Origin: an uncultured Bacteroides sp.
GTDB lineage: Bacteria > Bacteroidota > Bacteroidia > Bacteroidales > Muribaculaceae
Assembly (NCBI GenBank): GCA_964564465.1
Contig: CAZMAO010000005.1
Location: 4,471 to 68,470, forward strand
DNA: 64,000 nt
Direction: 5' to 3'
The notes under the pieces were generated by a model. The model made no database searches. It saw only the letters and a list, made by a program, of their open reading frames with translations, and was not told the DNA's origin. Below, in pieces: positions 60,801 to 64,000 of the stretch (position 1 is its first letter; each line of letters starts with the position of its first letter). The position numbers and the translations under genes were made by a program.

Positions 60801-61149
60801 TGTAATCGAACAGAAGCATCTCCAGCGCCTCACGCGCGCAACTTCTCAACTGCTCGGCCGAACATCCGAAAAGCCTTATGAGTTCAGCTTCATAATCGCT
60901 TCCTTCAGGTTTATTTGGTTCCATGCCGGCAAGCACCGCAAGTTCATTGACAATGCGCGCCTTCATCTCCTCGGTGGCCTTGTTGGTGAAGGTTATGGCG
61001 AGTATGTGACGGTGGCGGTTGCGCATACCGCGCCTGTAAAGCCGATATTCACCGCCGTCGTTCTTTTCGCCCAACAGCATTATTATGTAATCGCGGGTAA
61101 GCTGATAAGTTTTTCCGCTTCCCGCCGATGCCTTTAAAATAGAAAGCAT
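57832..61149 (-). CDS. UvrD/AddA-like helicase-nuclease
   Basis: ASAGSGKT, ITFTNKAT, STIDSF, IDEFQDT, GDEKQSIYRFRG, NWRS, TIHKSKGLEF, YVAFTRA; C-terminal PDRVV..IDYK nuclease domain. Confidence 0.92.
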   Translation of the reverse strand: MLSILKASAGSGKTYQLTRDYIIMLLGEKNDGGEYRLYRRGMRNRHRHILAITFTNKATEEMKARIVNELAVLAGMEPNKPEGSDYEAELIRLFGCSAEQLRSCAREALEMLLFDYNCFNVSTIDSFFQLILRTFAYEAELEGDYDVTIDEKQVVRSALDSILSEISSSRGEATKGQWLETIMKEKAEEGEGFNYFNRDLNDFKNVVKFVENLLTEKFMEHSEEMENYYASERLEQFIATVNALAARKIALGRRLGRKALEVMEHTVFASPKQGVSKNLVGALEKLSRGELPAVTTTITKPLNENGKGIITGYKGNVAEEYGEVYAAVTDACGFVCDNTGRLNLLDILKKGFTVLRMMKQVVMRMEQLRVENNSLLLNDANTLLRRIIGEDDAPFVYERVGMKLHHLLIDEFQDTSGSQWDILRPLINDSLGWGHDNLIIGDEKQSIYRFRGSDSSLIRKRVMKDVAFPPEVRGDNVDENTNWRSAPEIVEFNNMMFTRLADFLGFGDIYGNVEQRVSRKKSGTHGYVSAQIASDADEYEVLWRQRMVLNMKRQLLESGYKGSDICVLTRGNSEAADVISFLNEVFDTDKDLKSRNLMVISDDSLRIERSPAVRRLLSGMRNIATQRNALAAVAGEPADRRQRPAGQLVNLLSRYEDEIGRGADASSALKNAVTQADKTSASDFLDSIRNKVVGLSLPVLTELMVAHFFPEGSLPREEMIYVLAFEDVVLDFCNTDGADLQGFLRWWDSGGFKSTLSSAKNENAVRVMTIHKSKGLEFKCVYLCQGKGSAFKRNDTREWFDMVPVEGIDPQLLPPIYPVLFSEKLLSLPFEKQYREKINEILLDALNVEYVAFTRAVDELIVTVLQERPIDVSKPVDVVKLVGKKAADLAAAGLNMMGVVAGVEYQFGNPYHERDMEGMKHKLTDTSGSVEFPAFTVSGRHDMWDNVKVDGGADESVKRVEGTNLHKVMSMIKHPGDLSKAVTRGVRMGIIEREKRVEIEEFIRKAIDSVESRGWFDGYVRLMNERHIILDESSRREPEHKWKTPDRVVVMPDGHVEVIDYKFGEKRSKSHSLQVKGYVNCLRRAGYDDVRGFVWYVSRGEVSEV

Positions 61150-61178
61150 GACTGATAACCGGGCAATTTCTTTTATTC

Positions 61179-61508
61179 CTAAATAATTCGTGCCTTATAG
61201 CCCATTCCTGCCAGAAGCTCAAGCACCCTCTGCCGGCGATCGCCCTGCACAAGTATCTCCCCGTTGCTTGCGGAGCCTCCTGTCGCAAGTTTCTGCTTCA
61301 GCACACCGGCAATACGGAGCACCTCCTCGTCGGGCAAAGTCCAGCCGGTTATCAATGTGGCTGTCTTGCCCGCACGTCCTTTCCGGTCAAGCTTTATGTC
61401 GAGCCGGCCCTGGGCGGGCATATGCTCAGGTTCAGGCTGCGGATCCGTTCCTTCAGGCAAATCGGGATTAGCATCGGCAAAAGCCTTGAGCTGTTCGCGC
61501 CAGTCCAT
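61179..61508 (-). CDS. Translation initiation factor SUI1/YciH family
   Basis: RKGRAGKTATLI, LKQKLATGGS, ILVQGD. Confidence 0.9.
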   Translation of the reverse strand: MDWREQLKAFADANPDLPEGTDPQPEPEHMPAQGRLDIKLDRKGRAGKTATLITGWTLPDEEVLRIAGVLKQKLATGGSASNGEILVQGDRRQRVLELLAGMGYKARII

Positions 61509-61512
61509 AGCT

Positions 61513-61962
61513 TCAGTCAACAAATTGTGATTCAAAAACAGAATCGGCATGAACCTCGAGCGAATCCGGATAATAAGCCGTGCGGCTGTTCTTTATACTC
61601 GAAAGAATCATGGCATAAGGAATCTTGTCGGAAGGAAGCGACATGAAATAGTTCTCGGCCGAATCGGCATCAACCTCATATGCACGGTTATAAAGGTCGG
61701 CAGCCGTAGCCACATTGCCGTCAACATCAACCGAATCGGCAATCTGCATGTAAACAATCGACAAACGCGCCAGCTGCTTTGCCGATAATTCCGTCAGGCT
61801 GCGGTCGTCGCACAGATGTCCGGCAATCGAGGTTGCCGCCGCTATGTCTCCGCCGGCAATTGCCATTTCCGCACTTTGCAGCTCGGTGTCGATATTTCCC
61901 GGCCCGCAACTTACCGCTGCGACACACAGCAGCGAGAAAATCATATATTTAATTTTTTTCAT
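61513..61962 (-). CDS. Hypothetical helical lipoprotein
   Basis: Lipobox AVSC after MKKIKY; TPR-like helices. Confidence 0.6.
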   Translation of the reverse strand: MKKIKYMIFSLLCVAAVSCGPGNIDTELQSAEMAIAGGDIAAATSIAGHLCDDRSLTELSAKQLARLSIVYMQIADSVDVDGNVATAADLYNRAYEVDADSAENYFMSLPSDKIPYAMILSSIKNSRTAYYPDSLEVHADSVFESQFVD

Positions 61963-61982
61963 AATCATAACCGTTTTTATGT

Positions 61983-62393
61983 TCAATCGCGATGACCGCG
62001 ACGGAAATAAACATAATCCACTCCATCCTGCCTCAACGTGAGGGTAACTCCGTTAAAGGCCACTATGGCCTTCAACATGCCCGGCGGAATCTCCCCTATG
62101 AGGGTTGAATCGCCCTCAATGTCGAACGGTGCCGAATTCTTTTTCACAATCAGGCTGTCGTTCTTCACATTCCAGCGACCCTTCACACTGTAGGTCAACA
62201 CTCCGGGAACTATGGCACGCTGAATTATAGTGCCGTCGCCATGAAGTTCCATCACAGGCAAATCGTTTGAAACTTCACTTATATAATAATCGCCTGTCAT
62301 TTTCTTTGCCTCGCCCGACAAGCCGCTGCACCCCGCCGCCGACAGCATCGCTACGGCAAGAACCGGGACTAAAAACAATCTGTTTATCTTCAT
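61983..62393 (-). CDS. Lipocalin-like lipoprotein
   Basis: Lipobox AAGC; beta-rich, GRWNVKNDSL. Confidence 0.6.
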   Translation of the reverse strand: MKINRLFLVPVLAVAMLSAAGCSGLSGEAKKMTGDYYISEVSNDLPVMELHGDGTIIQRAIVPGVLTYSVKGRWNVKNDSLIVKKNSAPFDIEGDSTLIGEIPPGMLKAIVAFNGVTLTLRQDGVDYVYFRRGHRD

Positions 62394-62396
62394 TCC

Positions 62397-64000
62397 TTAA
62401 AGTTTTAGTTTGAAGCCTTCAATATACTTCCTCAACATCGGATTACTCTCGGCCATCTCCTTCAGAAAATCCCGATCGTTAAGTGTGTGACGTGGCATAA
62501 CGCCTTCATTTATCCTTATTTCCAGACTCACGCCATTGTTGCGCAACGCTCCGTGAATATGCGCCATAAGCCTTGGCATTGCCTTCTGAAACGCATCGAA
62601 CTGAAATTCATTGAAAACAGTAACAGTGTAAACGTCGCCAACTTTTGGCTGAGGCTCGCTGCTCAGCATGGCGTTTACAAGCACGCGCTCGGTGGGATTG
62701 GCGCCAATGAACGCTTTCCATGCCTCAAGCAACTGGCCGTGAGTGTAAGCCTCACGCATATCGGCGGGCACAGGCTGCGGAGCTGCCTCCCCACTATCCG
62801 CGGATGAAACCACGCGCATTCCCGGCCTGCCGCTTATGGAAATGTTAGGCTGACGTAAGGTTGTGCGCGCACGGCGTGCTTCGCCCTGTCCGGCGTGGCC
62901 CCGCACAGGCATAGCCGGCTTCACCGGAGCTGCCTGCGCAGCTGCGGGCTTTGGCTGAGCGGCCGGCTCCTGTCGCGGAGCGGCCGATACGGTCTGTTCA
63001 GGTTGCAGTGACGGCCCGACAGCCGGAGCTATCGGTTGTAACTGCCCCTTCCCCGTGCCGTCTTTAGGGGAGGGGCTGAGTGGTTGGCACAGTTTTGCCA
63101 GCGTAAGCTCCACAAGAAACTGTTTGCCCGATGCCGTGCGATACTGCACATCGCAATCGTTGCACAGATCCATGGCGCGAAGCAGCATCTGCGGATTACA
63201 ACGCCTGGCAAGTTCGGAAAGCTGACGTTTCTCCTCGTCGCTCGCCTCCACAAGCTGCAGAGTGCCTTCGGTCGACGCCGCAAGAATATCGCGCATGTAA
63301 TCGCCGAGTCCGTTCACAAAAAAAAGCGAGTCGAAACCACGGTCGCGGACCTCCTTATAAACCATCCAGCTTCCGAGCACATCGCCTGCAAGCACACATT
63401 CGAGCAAACGGTGATAATAGGAACGGTCAAGGACATTCAGGTTGTCGATAGCCGACTGATATGTGATTTTCCCTCGCGACGAAGCAGCAACCTGATCGAA
63501 TATCGAAAGAGCATCACGCATGGCCCCGTCAGCCTTATGCGCTATGACACTAAGCGCCGACTCCTCCGCCTCTATTCCCTCGCTCTCAGCCACATATTTC
63601 ATGTGATCGACCATATCGGCTATGGTTATCCTGTGAAAATCATAAATCTGACAGCGAGACAGGATGGTGGGAATTATCTTATGCTTCTCCGTGGTGGCAA
63701 GAATGAACACAACGTATGCCGGCGGCTCCTCGAGGGTCTTCAGAAAGGCATTGAATGCCGCCGACGAAAGCATATGAACCTCATCCACTATAAAAACTCT
63801 GTATCGGCCCGTGGACGGCGGTATCTGAACTTTGTCCACAATGTCGCGGATATGATCCACACCGTTATTCGACGCGGCATCAAGCTCGACTATGTTCATC
63901 GATGCCCCGCTATTGAAATCGCGGCACGACGCGCACTCGTTGCAAGGCTCGCCGTCAGCGCTCAGATTCTCGCAGTTTATCGCCTTGGCAAAAATGCGCG
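62397..64000 (-). CDS. dnaX: DNA polymerase III subunit gamma/tau (5'-truncated by window edge)
   Basis: Zn cluster CENL..PCNECASC upstream of the listed ORF start; ELDAASNNGVD, VDEVHMLS, AFLKTLEEPP, TILSRCQ, GAMRDALS. Confidence 0.96.
   Translation of the reverse strand, partial: RIFAKAINCENLSADGEPCNECASCRDFNSGASMNIVELDAASNNGVDHIRDIVDKVQIPPSTGRYRVFIVDEVHMLSSAAFNAFLKTLEEPPAYVVFILATTEKHKIIPTILSRCQIYDFHRITIADMVDHMKYVAESEGIEAEESALSVIAHKADGAMRDALSIFDQVAASSRGKITYQSAIDNLNVLDRSYYHRLLECVLAGDVLGSWMVYKEVRDRGFDSLFFVNGLGDYMRDILAASTEGTLQLVEASDEEKRQLSELARRCNPQMLLRAMDLCNDCDVQYRTASGKQFLVELTLAKLCQPLSPSPKDGTGKGQLQPIAPAVGPSLQPEQTVSAAPRQEPAAQPKPAAAQAAPVKPAMPVRGHAGQGEARRARTTLRQPNISISGRPGMRVVSSADSGEAAPQPVPADMREAYTHGQLLEAWKAFIGANPTERVLVNAMLSSEPQPKVGDVYTVTVFNEFQFDAFQKAMPRLMAHIHGALRNNGVSLEIRINEGVMPRHTLNDRDFLKEMAESNPMLRKYIEGFKLKL

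Noticed and set aside
63318-63325. T8 run (minus strand) in dnaX as a programmed frameshift or slippage site
   Set aside because: It is not the A_AAA_AAG or long A-tract signal known for dnaX recoding, and it falls inside the conserved core rather than after it.

Overview
64-kb chromosomal segment of a Bacteroidales bacterium, probably Muribaculaceae-like. This is inferred from the gene repertoire, TAnnTTTG -7 promoter motifs and AT-rich translation-initiation regions lacking Shine-Dalgarno sequences. Most of the window is housekeeping: surA-like PPIase, ostA-like, aroB, trmD, polA, cysE, purD, pdxB, hflX, rfbC, mutL, birA, addA-like and dnaX. It also carries a TolC/HlyD/ABC-2 export cluster, an AT-rich Eco47II-like type II R-M cassette sitting at the head of the namZ-SSS-WYL-trmD gene string, a frameshifted lipoprotein serpin, and a sialic-acid catabolism operon with a GDSL-SASA-Kelch triple fusion. 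The most striking feature is a compact, intact six-gene phage-head-like module at 53277-57835: scaffold-like, major capsid-like, adaptor-like, portal-like and two small proteins. It has no integrase, terminase, tail, lysis or replication genes, carries host-type promoters, and its last stop codon overlaps that of the host addA-like gene. It is a candidate domesticated capsid or gene-transfer-agent-like system. Also notable are a highly structured ~200-nt leader with mutually exclusive pairings (50865-51020) and a REP-like multi-hairpin element (49742-49888). No rRNA, tRNA or CRISPR array was seen. All family assignments come from motif recognition by eye, not database searches.
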